This document shows, one piece after another, positions 1 to 11,813 of a DNA stretch of 57,874 nt. The notes below the pieces were generated by a model. It did no database searches. It was not told the DNA's origin and saw only the letters and a program-made list of their open reading frames with translations. Position 1 is the stretch's first letter; each line of letters starts with the position of its first letter. A program made the position numbers and the translations under genes. Origin of the DNA: Octopus bimaculoides (taxonomy: Eukaryota); NCBI RefSeq assembly GCF_001194135.2, contig NC_068988.1:83490156-83548029 (forward strand). The letters run 5' to 3'.

Positions 1-252
1 GGGGGGGGGGTGAACGTAATATTCGTCATCAGCATGCAAAACTACATCTGTGTAGGAAATTTCAAACAATCCATTGAAATTTGAAAAATCTTCAAGTGGT
101 GGGAAGACAACGAAAAAGACCTAACATCCATTCTACTTATTTTGTCATCCCACTGCGCATAAGTCATAGTGGATCTCCTTGGGATTCGAACCCATAATAG
201 CAAGGCATGTAACTGAGCACCGCAAAGCAAGACTATCACCGGACGTCTTTTG

Positions 253-350
253 ATTGGCTGATTTACTGTTTCTTTTATCCAATCAAAACAATGCGAGAGT
301 GAAAAGGAAAGAGAAGGAAAGTGAAGGCTGCGATAATTTCAAATTTCGAA
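253..350 (+). promoter_or_regulatory. Putative PIF1 core promoter: two CCAAT boxes and CHR-like elements
   Basis: ATTGG 253-257, CCAAT 279-283, TTCAAA 338-343 (reverse CHR) and TTCGAA 345-350, in CpG-retaining DNA just upstream of a consensus donor at 396. Confidence 0.5.
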
Positions 351-395
351 CTCGGGTCACGTTGTGTTTACATAAAACACCGACTAAACTTTGAG
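300..395 (+). other. PIF1: Probable non-coding first exon of PIF1 (5' boundary approximate)
   Basis: Perfect donor GAG|GTAAGT at 395/396; the first coding exon starts at an acceptor (TTTCAG 2827-2832) only 11 nt before the ATG, so an upstream exon is required. Confidence 0.6.
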
Positions 396-2843
396 GTAAG
401 TTTAAGTGATTTTGTACTTGAAGAGAAGGGTTTTGAATTTGTTTTCTTGTGGAAGTGGGTGAACTTTCACATTAAATAAGAAGTTGCTAAGTTGCATGAT
501 CGATAAGTGAGCCAAAGGGCTGAAAGGAGATCCTTATCGTTGCGGCCGTAAACTTGAAAGAAAATACCATGTAAATAAATAAATAAAACATAAATTCAAA
601 TGTTATTAAATTTTCAAAAATAAATAAAAGCAGTATTTCAATTGCATATATTTAATCAATTTACCTTTTTCTTTTCTTTGTTTGCATTTCCCGATATATG
701 TAAGTGCATACAAAATGTATTTAGCAACATTAATTGATCAGATTATTTTTTTAGTTATCTTGAGGATGAGGTTACTGCTATAAACACGACGACAATTACT
801 TATTAAACTCAAAATCTCAGTTTTATAGTTACTTTCGGTACTATTAGTACCGAATAGTACTAAGTGAAATAAAAGGAAATTAAAACCGACTCGTGGTTTT
901 GGCTCTGTACTATTTTTTACCGGTGCTGACAAAAGAAAAGGGTGAAGTTGGAAATAAGATACGCAGTATTTGGGTGTCCATTTGAAATAAAGTATATGAA
1001 TCTAAAGTGTCAAAAGTTTGTGTATATCTTCAAATATGAGGGTTGAGTTTCCTATGATGGACCGGGGACTAAAGGTTATGTGAAGTTAACATAAAGCTGT
1101 GCCCTGTCTGTCATTTGGTAATTTGTAACGGGAAATATTAAAAGTTATTTCAATTTTAGTTATGGACTGAAAAAAAAAAAATAAAGAAGACAATCATCCT
1201 TTTGATCTAACAACGGGTCTTTCTGGACAATAATTTCCTGTAAGTAGTGAAGAAAATCCAATTTATGTGGGCGTCCTGATCCGAAGCTTGTTCAGCTGAT
1301 GCAAAATTTCTAAAACATTTTTCCTCTGAAATTCCTTGGTTATCTTCTTTTATTTTCTTTTTTTTTGTTTATCTTGTTTCAGTCATTTGACTGCGGCCAT
1401 GCTGGGGCACCACCTTGAAATTTTAGTCGAATGTATCGACCCCAGTACTATAATTTATTAGTTTCTTTTGCATATTCTTAGTTTATGCATGTGTATGCAA
1501 ATATAGTATTGGTATATCCCATTTATGTTCATTAGAAATTAAATAAATAAAGAATTTTGACATGTACGAATATTTATTTCCCTTCACTGTATATATATAA
1601 TAAATGGGAGATAGGAATTGCACCCGAGTCTATGCTACACCCTTCCTAACACCAACCACTTTACAGTGCATGCTGGGTGCCTTTAACGTAATGCCAGCAC
1701 AACTGCTTTTTATGTGACACTGGAACAAGATTCTTGCAAGCCAATCCTGTTCAGCAGGGGATGTGACCTTAACACTTCTGCTATGGAGGATGGGTCTTCT
1801 TGAGTGCAGCAAGGCACCATGTATCTAGGTTCTTATCTAGTAATAATACCTTGTTGCAGGTGGGTATTGTCAAATGCATGTAAACTCCCAGTGAAATGAC
1901 TGTACAAAAAGTTATTGGAACAAATTTGACACCTATATCCATGCGTTTGAAAACACACACAGTATAAGGGTACTACTAAAGCAGAGTGGTCCCGAACGCG
2001 CAGTCGCACGTCCGCGCTAGCTAGTCGTGAGTGGTCGATCCTATTATTTTTAAACTTCAAACTTCATTTGTTTTCTATTTTGATAAATTCTCTCTGTTGA
2101 AAATTATATTTTTATATTTTAAATAATTTGCAATTTCAGGAAATATGTTTTTATATTAAATTTGTGTTTTCTAATAAGGTGGACGAGTGATTGATTGATA
2201 GATAGATAGTAGATAGATATCAGTAAGTAAGTAAGCCAAAGTATCAACTCAAACCAGCAGGCAGACATACAGACGGACACAGCAACAGGCATGCAGGCAG
2301 ACAGATACTTCACTAGCAGTGAGCACTTTCACTTCTGACAGCTAATAGCATGACAGTGCCGAAAACACATCTAAAAATTTACTTTCAAAGGCTTTGTTAG
2401 TGTTTTGCTGAATATAGGACAGGTGTGGTTGAAAAATTCACTTCACAAACACATGGTTTTGGGTTTGGTCCTACTGTGTGGCACCTTTAACAACTGTATT
2501 CTATTATAACCCTGGGTTAACCAAAGTATTGTGAGTGGATTTGGGAGACAAAAACTGAAAAAAAAAACCTCATTTAATGTGTGTTTTTGTATCTCTTTGT
2601 CCTGACATTGTGTGCTAATTGCAAACAAACATTTCTGTGAAAATATATCTAGCCATTGTGCTACTTAAGTTTGCAGGATCATAGGAAATATTAATATACT
2701 TTAAAACAGGTGAGGGTTGTTGAGAGGGAGAGAATCTGGCTATAGAAAATCTCTCAGTGAATTCTGTCTGACTTTACCAGCATGAAAAAAGTGGTTAAGA
2801 TGATAATAATGATGATGATTCTTTTATTTCAGTGTTTTCAAGT

Positions 2844-3233
2844 ATGGCTCTGGAGTGTCAAAACTTAATTTGTTGGGTGTCAGTACAAGAGATATCAGCC
2901 CTTGGTAATGTTGTAAAAAGTGTACAATACAAAAATACAACACTGTCTCTTGGACGTGATGAATACAATGAGGTTATTCTGAAGTTGTTTGCTGGCAAAC
3001 GAGATGTAACCTACATGTTGCGTAATATTCAAGTACATAAGAAGTTTTTTAAAGATGGCAAAGCCACCATTAAGATATTAGACCAAAGTCTTCAGCTGAT
3101 GCTATCTAACTGCCCTCCAGATAAACTTGTTCTCTTCCTTAAGACAATGATGACTAAATTAGAATGCAAGAAAAAAAGTGGTTTCATTAGCAATCGAGAA
3201 AAAATAAAGACTGGTCTTAAAAGATCTTTTCAG
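2844..3233 (+). CDS. PIF1: PIF1 helicase coding exon 1 (N-terminal PINT/PH-like domain)
   Basis: MALECQNL...KKFFKDGKATIKI...LSNCPPDKLVLFLKTM...RSFQ; acceptor before 2833, donor CAG|GTAAGA, phase 0. Confidence 0.9.
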
Positions 3234-3296
3234 GTAAGAATTTACTAATTTTATTGAAAATAAAGTTGCTAGAAATTGATGTATAACATAGTTTTG

Positions 3297-3697
3297 GGTA
3301 TCTTTTACTTGTCTCATTAAGGTGTAGCCATGCTGGGGCACCACTATGAAAGGTTTTAGTTGAACAGTTCAACTGCAGGACTTATTTTTTTAGGCCTGGT
3401 ACTTATTGTATTGGTGTCTTTTGCTGAAGTGCTAAATTATAGGGATGCAAAGACACCTACACCAATTGTCAAGTGGTGGTGGGACACACACATGCACCCC
3501 CCCCCACACACACACTCTCTCTCTCTCTCTCTCTCATATACAACAAGCTTCTTTCAGTTTCTGTCTACCAAATCCACTTACAAGGCTTTGGTCAGCCCAA
3601 GGCTATAGTAGAAGACACTTGCCCAAGGTGCCATGCAGTGGGACTGAACCCAGAACCATGTGGTTGGGAAGCAAGCTTCTTATCACACAGCCATACC
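3297..3697 (-). mobile_element. SINE family A copy
   Basis: Reverse complement of the 57081-57460 element. Confidence 0.85.
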
Positions 3698-4684
3698 TGT
3701 GTGTATATGTTAATTATTTGTAATTTATTGCAATACAATTTATCATAAATTCTTTAATGCTTAGATGGTAGAATTAATTTATCACCTGGTTTAACACCAC
3801 CACTTCAGTTTTACAAGTAGAAATTAAGCAAGCCATTATTACCTCATTTCTCTTAACCATTCCTTTAATGCTTTTCCTTGCTAGCATGAGTTTGGATGAC
3901 AATTTATTTGAGGCAGGTTTTTTTTTCAGCCACCTATGTCTCCTGCTGTCATTCCATACCTGTTTTCGGGTAAGGGATATCTTTATTACTTGGTTCTTTG
4001 AAAGTGCAGAGCAACCAGTCATAATATCAACATCAATACTGCTCCATAGAAGCAGTGACAAGCTTGAAATATATTAACATTCATGCACACAAACACCACA
4101 CATACATATACAGGATAGGCTACTTGCAGTTTTTATCTATAAGATACTCTCACATGGCATTGGTCAGCCTGAAGTTATGGTAGAAGACACTTGAGGTGCC
4201 ATACATTGGGATCCCAAAACCATGTAGTTGTGAAGTGAACTTCTTAAACAAGTAATGTGGTTGGAAAGCAAATTTCTTGCACGAATCTCTCCATGTTGAG
4301 AATTTAAATCTAGCAGAAGTTAGAACTACATTTCTTCTCATGCTTGTATCCATTTGAGGGAGATTGAGCTACTAGCACACCAATCTGTTTGAAACTGCCC
4401 CTGACTCTCTGATACAAATACATTTTTTATAAACGATCTAAAGTAAAATCTCTCATCAAAATTACACATTAATTTATATATCAACCTCTAGCTTAATGAC
4501 GACAAATTTATTTCAATAAATACTTTATTTTCTAAATTAATTAGAGCAAAGCAGTGTAAATCAAAAGCAATATGGTAGCAAAAGGGCTCAGACTTTTTTC
4601 CTTAGCTTTCTGTTGTGTGGAAGTAGAACACCCCTATTAGTTGGCTCCTGATGGACTGTGCCACAATATAAATGGACATACAGG

Positions 4685-4863
4685 TGACACGTAAAAGCAC
4701 CTACTACACTCTCTGAGTGGTTGGCGTTAGGAAGGGCATCCAGCTGTAGAAACTCTGCCAAATTTAGATTGGAGCCTGGTGTTGCCATCCGGTTTCACCA
4801 GTCCTCAGTCAAATCGTCCAACCCATGCTAGCATGGAAAGCGGACGTTAAACGATGATGATGA
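4685..4863 (+). mobile_element. (GAT)n-tailed retroelement copy (family B, RTE 3' tail-related)
   Basis: AAAAGCACC...GGAAGGGCATCCAGCTGTAG...GGAAAGCGGACGTTAAACGATGATGA. Confidence 0.85.
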
Positions 4864-5146
4864 TAGAGATTTCATTTACTGCCCTAACACAACACTTCCA
4901 CATCACCTACATATCAGTAAAAGTACTAAGAAAGAAAGTGTTCTTGAATATGGAGTGACTCAATGTTTTGCTGCTGTAAATTCCATCTGATACAGTCTTT
5001 GCCACTACAAGCACAATCACAATCACCACCAAATCGCAGACATCTATAAAGCCATCATGAAATATTATTTTTTCCATTCACTCAAGACAAAACACAAAAA
5101 AATTAATATTTAATTAGGGTGTGTGTGTTTTTTTTTCTTTTTTTAG

Positions 5147-5402
5147 GAAATCAGTCCATTGACCCTAAAAGATTTGAAATTTGCAAAAGGTCTCCCTATT
5201 AATGACAATGACAAATGTTTAGATTCAACGCCAAAATCAAAGAGGCAACATTGTGAAAGTGATAAAGAAAACCAACCACAGATGAAGCAGTATAGAGAGA
5301 TCCAGCTTTCCAAGCAGAGAATATTACAGCCTTTTAAATTAACCAAAGAACAAAGGAAGGTTCTTGATATTGTTATTAATGGGGAGAATGTGTTCTTTAC
5401 TG
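5147..5402 (+). CDS. PIF1: PIF1 coding exon 2 (EISPLT...LTKEQRKVLDIVINGENVFFT-G)
   Basis: Polypyrimidine tract + AG at 5145-5146; Q-motif helix and NVFFTG strand preceding Walker A; end at 5402 inferred from phase-1 compatibility (weak donor GTAGTC). Confidence 0.85.
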
Positions 5403-5405
5403 GTA

Positions 5406-5550
5406 GTCTTCCAGGAAAAGCATCTCTAGCCAAGGTAAAATATTACCTTCATTGTAGACAAGTGAGGGCTGGCGAAGGGCATCCAGTTGTAAAAAATCTG
5501 CCTCCAACACATACAAGTATGGAAAAGTAGGCATTAAATGATGATGATGG
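5406..5550 (+). mobile_element. Degenerate (GAT)n-tailed retroelement at the PIF1 exon 2 donor
   Basis: AAATATTACCTT...GTGAGGGCTGGC...GGGCATCCAG...GGAAAAGT...AAATGATGATGA; related copies at ~5895, ~13915 and ~41455 (-). Confidence 0.75.
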
Positions 5551-6440
5551 TAACAGCATGTTAATGTCAGAGTGTGGTTAGTTTGCTTCCTAACCACATG
5601 GTTTCAGATTCAGTCCAACTGCTTGGCACCTTGGGCAAGTATCTTCTAGTATAACTTCAGGTTGGCAGCCAAAGCTTTGTAAGTGGATTTGGTAAACAAA
5701 AACTTCACATGTGTTCACTGGTTTGCAAACAATAGCCTTGTCAGCTTGCAATCCACCATGAAAACATGTCTGGGATTCTCAACATGTCTTGACAAGTTGC
5801 ATGATCTTTGCAAACAGAAAGCTCAGTCATACAGTGTTGTTTACTTCCAGTTCTCCAAGTAGATATTTCTAGGTTGTTTGTTCTTTGATGGATAAAAAGA
5901 TTATTACCTTACTTTGAAACAAGTGGAAGGTGGTGAAAAGATAAGCATCCAGCTGTAGAAATCTCTGCTCCAACATATTCTTGTTTGACTCACACAAGCA
6001 TGGAAAAGTAGATATTAAAACAATGGTGATGGTGGCAAAGTTTAAAATCCTGATATCTTTACTGCTCATAGTTTTTGAGTGATGGAGTAAAAGTAGAACC
6101 TGTCATTTTTGCTAAAGCCATGAAGACATTCAGTTGAGGAAGGTTTTATTTTGTGATATCTTTTCTATCAGTAATTATGGAAACTTCAAAAAAAAAAGTA
6201 AGCAAACTGCTTTTTCAGCCAAGCAGACTAAGCTAATTAGAAATAATAATGTATCTTTCCTAGAAGTAATGCCTATTACAGGATTCAAAACTTATGAACA
6301 TTAAATGATGATGATGAATCGTGTAGCAGCTATGAAGCATGTCAAATACTCAACACCTTTACAGTGGATATACCTGTTCTAGTTTTTTTGAGAATGTCCA
6401 CTTCTTTTAAGTAATTCTTTCACTGAGAATTGTTTACAGC

Positions 6441-7262
6441 TATTGTATTGAGTCAGAAGTTTTGTAATATTTTGGTAACCTATTTTCTTTATTTGTCAAG
6501 TTACAACAAAAACAGCCTAATATTCAAAATAGAGGCCATCATGTTACACTGTCAGACAGTGCAACACAATGACCTTACTTTTCTGCCAGTTGTTTGATCC
6601 CATACTGATACCTGTTCTTGTCCTTCATGGTGAAGAACTCTTTCACATGAGCACTGGAAACAAACAGTGGTTAAGCAAGGGCCAGCTTCCAGAACGTGTC
6701 ACTAAACACTGGCGTTTTGAAGGCAAGGTGATGCATTGCATCTGGGGGAATTATGAGGGGATAATTCACTACGAATTTGTTCCGGATTGCTGAACCATCA
6801 ATGCCAACCTGTACTCTGAACAGCTGGAGTGGATATGTGCCATTGTGTGGCAAAAATACCTGGCATTGGTTCACTGAAAGTGAGCTCTTTTGTAGCAAGA
6901 CAATGCAAGACCTCCGGATGACCCAGAATAAACTCCAGGAACTTGATAGAATTGAACTGATGCCACACCCAGCATATAGTCCAGATCTAGCTCCCTCGGA
7001 TTATTACTTGTTCCAATTCATGGCTCATTTCCTGCACTCACAGTGCAGGAGGTGGAAGCTTCAGTGAAGGAGTTCTTTGCCTTGAAGGACAAGAGCTGGT
7101 ACCAATGTGGGATCAAAGAACTGGCAGAAAGATGGCTTCAGACGGTGCAACACAATGGCCTCTACTTTGAATATTAGGTTGCTTGTGTTGTAACTTCACA
7201 AATAAAGTAAAAATAGTTACCAATGTATTGTCAAAAAATGTAATTATTTCCTGAGTCCCAAT
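6441..7262 (+). mobile_element. Degenerate mariner (Tc1/mariner) transposon derivative
   Basis: Frameshifted transposase pieces: GKVMHCIW, QDNARP, HPAYSPDLAPSDYYLF, GIKELAERW; ends approximate. Confidence 0.9.
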
Positions 7263-8064
7263 GCTTAAACGAAATGTAAACCAATACTAAACCTGCTCCC
7301 TGTTGACTATGTTCTGTGAGGAAAATGTGTGGGTACACAGTAGATTTTAAAATTTTAAAATAAAACTTGTCAAAGGTGGATGAACTGTTTAAGAGTCAAT
7401 GACACCCATATTGTAGGGAGGAGACGGGTACCACTAAGTTTAGTAAACTCAATGACATATTTGAATGGAGGTTATAACAATATTTAATTCCATACTAGAT
7501 TGGTTAGGGCTTGCAAAGCCCCAGACTAAAAAGAGTGGGAAAGATTGGTAAATAAAACTCAAGTGTCTCAATAGCTGAGATGGGAACAATATGACTTGTC
7601 TTGACTTAATTCAAGGTTCTTATTGAACTTCTTAACAACTAGACTCCTCCATCAGAACATGTGGACTATGTGAGTGTGTGTGAGAGGGAAGTTGTCAAGG
7701 TTCCTCTAGACATCTTTAATATATGGGCTCATCCATTAGAACATGTAAACATGTAGATTACATGGATATACATGAGTGTGTGCTTAGTTTAAGATTCTTT
7801 GAGATATCTTTAACACTGGATTCTTTCATTAGAATTTTGTATGTGTGTGTGTGTGCTTGTGCTTGTTTTGAAATTTCTCTTGCTCACACACTATCCAACA
7901 ATTGAAGTATAGAAACACCAACTACAACACACTTAGTCATCTCTGAACCAAATTCTTTTACTCATGTCTCTGAAGAGAAACTGTTCTTTTTCACATGCAA
8001 CAATAAAATGAAAGTATAAAAAGGAAAAACCTGCTGAATAAACAAACATTGCCTTACATTGTAG

Positions 8065-8154
8065 GTGCTCTGCCCCCAGATCACACATTTGCCACAGCAA
8101 GCACAGGTGTAGCTGCCTGCTATATAGGTGGAATTACTCTCCATGCCTTTGCTG
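8065..8154 (+). CDS. PIF1: PIF1 coding exon (G-ALPPDHTFATASTGVAACYIGGITLHAFA-G; motifs Ia/Ib)
   Basis: TGTAG| acceptor, G|GTAAAG donor, 90 nt, phase 1-1; not shown in ORF track, translated by hand. Confidence 0.93.
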
Positions 8155-9671
8155 GTAAAGTATCAGTGTTTCTTTACTCTTTTTATTTGTGTTTTTGTTG
8201 TGGTTATTGATTTCTGCTGCTGTAGTAATAGTAGTAGTAGTAGTAGAGCAGCCACAGATCAGTCCCTATCAAGCAATTCTATTTTTCATACATTTCTAAA
8301 AATGGTAGAGCGAACTCTGGGAGATATTTGACTGCTGTTTCTAAGAGGTTAAGCAATTATATATTGGTGATTTTTTTTTTTTTTTGTGAGGATAAGGATA
8401 AGGTAGGGTTGTTTATAAGTGAGTGTGTGGCAAAGTCAGTAGGACTGTTGGACAACCAGCCAAGAGCTTACTGGTTCATATCCTATCATCAGTATTATAA
8501 TGTGTCATCAGCCAAAATATTTAGTTCTCCAATGGATTCAGTCTGCCTAACTATAGACACCACAGAGTAGTAAGCAGTAGTAGCTCTGCATAAATAACAA
8601 GTGCTTTATTAGCTTGGTTTCCTTCCGTTCAGCTTCTCCAGTTGGAGGGCATCGTGGTAGTGGTCAGAATAGGAACTGGATTAGTCTTATTTTTATGTGA
8701 GGTCAATAGGTATAATCTCCCATTGATGGATACCTCCAGTCATGGAGGCTCATGTAATTAACTTGATTGTACTCAGCATAGCTTGATCTCTCAACCTTCC
8801 ATGTTGAGTCAGCAGTGATGTCATGGATGGATGGCTGTCAGAACACTCAGATACACCACAGGAAACAACTTCTACCCAGTGATAACTTGTTCATAGCTAC
8901 CCAGATATCTATATGAGACAATGGTTGAGATATAATTATACGGTTACCTAATACAGGTTGCTCACTAACACACGTTCATAACACATGCTGCTTGAGCCAA
9001 TGAAAGAGCCACTAAGTGGTTTCTTAGCTGCTAGACATAACAGCTGAATCTCTCTCAAATGGTACCTTCATCATTGGCTGTCCATCATAGGTCAATGTTG
9101 ATGATTCTGTTCAGAAAAAAAAAACACTTTTGAACAGTGAATTAGGCAGTTGGCCCCCGCCCCCACTAGACTGCCTTTCTGGGCCTCCATGTCAAGTACC
9201 AAATAGTGTACAAGAGTGCAATGAGCATGGTTAACAATGAGGCTACGCTACAGTTGCAGCTCACTTGCAAGTTGATACCTAACTTTTGTCTGGTGGTGAA
9301 GATCGTTCACTTGTCCACAATAACCAGCAAATTGTTATTCTAGGACTCCTCAGCCTTGTCGGTTATCCAATGTCCTGTTGCTGATGTCTTTACCATATCC
9401 CTGTCATGGGAGGCTAAGGAGTTGCTAGTACTTGCCCAAGGTACCACCTCAGTCTATGGGCAGAAGGGGTGACATTTTCTCCTTTTTACAAATTGCCACT
9501 GATGTGGGTGCTGAACCATAACCTTCCTGTTTTAAATAAATAAAGACATACTGATAGTGTACTCTGAGATGTACTACATCTAAAAATATAATGGAATGGT
9601 CATTGCTGGAATATCTTACATTGTAGACTTGTTGAGTTAGATTTGATTTAGGACTTAACAGCAACACACAT

Positions 9672-9703
<32 letters not shown>

Positions 9704-10605
9704 TTTGACCTTAACCAGCAGTTCATGACCTAAGGTCAATGAGCTGTGTTCAAAATTTTAAAAGGCTGCAGTGTATTAAATATATAATTTTTCAAGCAGG
9801 GCTCTAAGTAGTTAAGAAGTTTGCTCCGTAACCACATGGTTCCAGGTTCAGTCTCATTGCTTGGCACCTTGGGCAAGTGTTTTCTACTATTGCCCCAGAC
9901 TGACCAAAGCCTTAGGAGTGGATTTGGTAGATGGAAACTGAAAGAAGCTCATCAAGTGTATGTATGTATATGTGCATATGCATACATATATATGACAGAA
10001 TTAGCAGTTTTAAAATATTACTGCTTTTGCTGTTCAGGATGTCCATAAATTACCTTTACAATTTGAAGTGTAAAAGTTGTAAAGGTAATTCATGGATACT
10101 CTATATTATAGTTATCAAAAGGGTTTTGGATTAGTAGAATTGGTAGAGCAGCTGACAAAATGCCAAATGAGGTTTAGTTATGTAAAGATATATCTCTTTA
10201 TGTTCTGAGTTCAATTCCTGTTAGGGTTAAGTTTGACTATGATTCTTCCAGTGTTGATAAAATAAACCCTTGTTACATACTAAGTGTCAGTATAACCAAC
10301 CATGCCTATCTCTGAAACTTGTATCCGTGTATGTTAGAAATCCTTATTATCAAATTGAGTATTGAAAGTTCAGCTCTGTAGAGAAAAACCCATTCAAGAA
10401 CAGAAATCATTTACATCCTCCTCCTTTCTCTCAAATGTGTGGTTTTCAGCCAAAGTCAAATATGGTTTTTTTTTTCCTCATTATTGAATACCACAAAATG
10501 CCATCAAAAACTTTTCTGAATCCTTTCATGATTCTCCACCACACCTCTATACTCAAATGAGCAATAACAACATACTGTTTTTCATGTTTATCTTTCTGTT
10601 TATAG

Positions 10606-10759
10606 GAATTGGTTCTGGAAATGGTCCATTGGAACAATGTGTGCAACTAGCAAACAGACCATCTGTCAAACAGAACTGGATGAAATGTCATCATTTGATA
10701 ATTGATGAAGTATCCATGGTACACAGAGATTACTTTGATAAATTAGAAGCAATAGCTCG
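10606..10759 (+). CDS. PIF1: PIF1 coding exon (IGSG...LIIDEVSMV...KLEAIAR; Walker B)
   Basis: TATAG| acceptor, CG|GTGAGG donor, IIDEVSM motif II. Confidence 0.95.
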
Positions 10760-11249
10760 GTGAGGAAATTTCTTTCTTTCTTGTTTGTTTTATATCTATT
10801 TTTCAATATCAGTACTCTAAGAAGGCCACATTAGGATGGTTAAAGCCAATAAAAAAATATATATGTGTATATATTTATATGTGTGTCTTTGTGTCTGGGT
10901 CTGGGACAACCAATCTTGGTGTGGTTATGTCCCCGTAACTCAGCAGTTCAGCAAAAAAAAACAAAAAAACGATAGAATAAGTACTAGGCTTACAAAGAAT
11001 AATTCCTGTGGTTGATTTCTGCGACTAAGAAAAACCCGTTAAGGTAATGCTCCAGCATGTCTGCAGTCAAATGACTGAAACAAGTAACAGCATAACAAAC
11101 ACACACACACACACAGATCATAAGTGACCTATGGTCATAGATGTTGGGTAATAACTGGAAGTGTATGATTGTAAATGTGAGCAGTCAAAATTGGATTCTT
11201 CCAAAGGATTTCTGGAGTAACATTATTCAACAGGGTGTGAAGCTCAGTG

Positions 11250-11615
11250 ATCAGGGCATCTCATAACCCTCCCAGGAATAGTGGGCAGAGAAGATTAATG
11301 CATATATATAAAAGTACTCGGCCAAAAGTAAGCCATTGTACTTAGCCTTCATCGACCTGGAGAAAGCTTTCAACAGAGTTCTCTGCTCTGTTATATGGTG
11401 GTCTCTAAGGAAGTTAGGAGTAGAGGAGTGGCTTGTTAGATTTGTACAAGCCATGTACAGTGGTGCTGTCACTAAGGTGAGAGTCATCCATGAATACAGT
11501 GATGAATTTAGTGTACAGGTAGGGGTTCACCAGGGCTTAGTTCTCAGCCCACTTGTATTCATTATAGTCCTCCAGGTCATAACAGAGGAATTCAAAACTG
11601 GGTGCCCATGTATTT
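11250..11615 (+). mobile_element. RTE-type LINE reverse transcriptase fragment
   Basis: LYLAFIDLEKAFNRV...GVHQGLVLSPLVFII. Confidence 0.9.
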
Positions 11616-11698
11616 TCTGTCTCTACCCGTTTGAAAATACTTTGATGTTTATATCAGAATATATTGTTAAAATGTGATTCTTTACTCCTCCATTGCAG

Positions 11699-11813
11699 GT
11701 TAATTCGCAGAAATGACAAACCATTTGGTGGCATTCAAGTCATTGTCTGTGGAGATTTCTTGCAGTTGCCTCCTGTTACCAAGAAAGCCGATAAAAAGAA
11801 ATTTTGCTTCCAG
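11699..11813 (+). CDS. PIF1: PIF1 coding exon (PFGGIQVIVCGDFLQLPPV; motif III)
   Basis: TGCAG| acceptor, CAG|GT donor, GDFLQLPPV signature. Confidence 0.95.

Noticed and set aside
170-240. B-box-like GGTTCGAATCCC on - strand as a tRNA gene; 65-aa ORF 42-239
   Set aside because: No A box at the right spacing and no cloverleaf; the ORF has no recognisable similarity. A divergent gene cannot be excluded at the contig edge.
5402-5433. In-frame read-through GSLPGKASLAK as a variant Walker A
   Set aside because: Spacing is GxxxGK rather than GxxxxGK[ST], the sequence aligns with a retroelement, and its phase-0 donor does not fit the phase-1 exon at 8065.
8004-8064. GKT codons at ~8023 or an upstream extension of the 8065 exon as the missing P-loop
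   Set aside because: GKT is out of frame and followed by a stop; the in-frame upstream sequence hits TAA at 8004-8006 and has no P-loop similarity.
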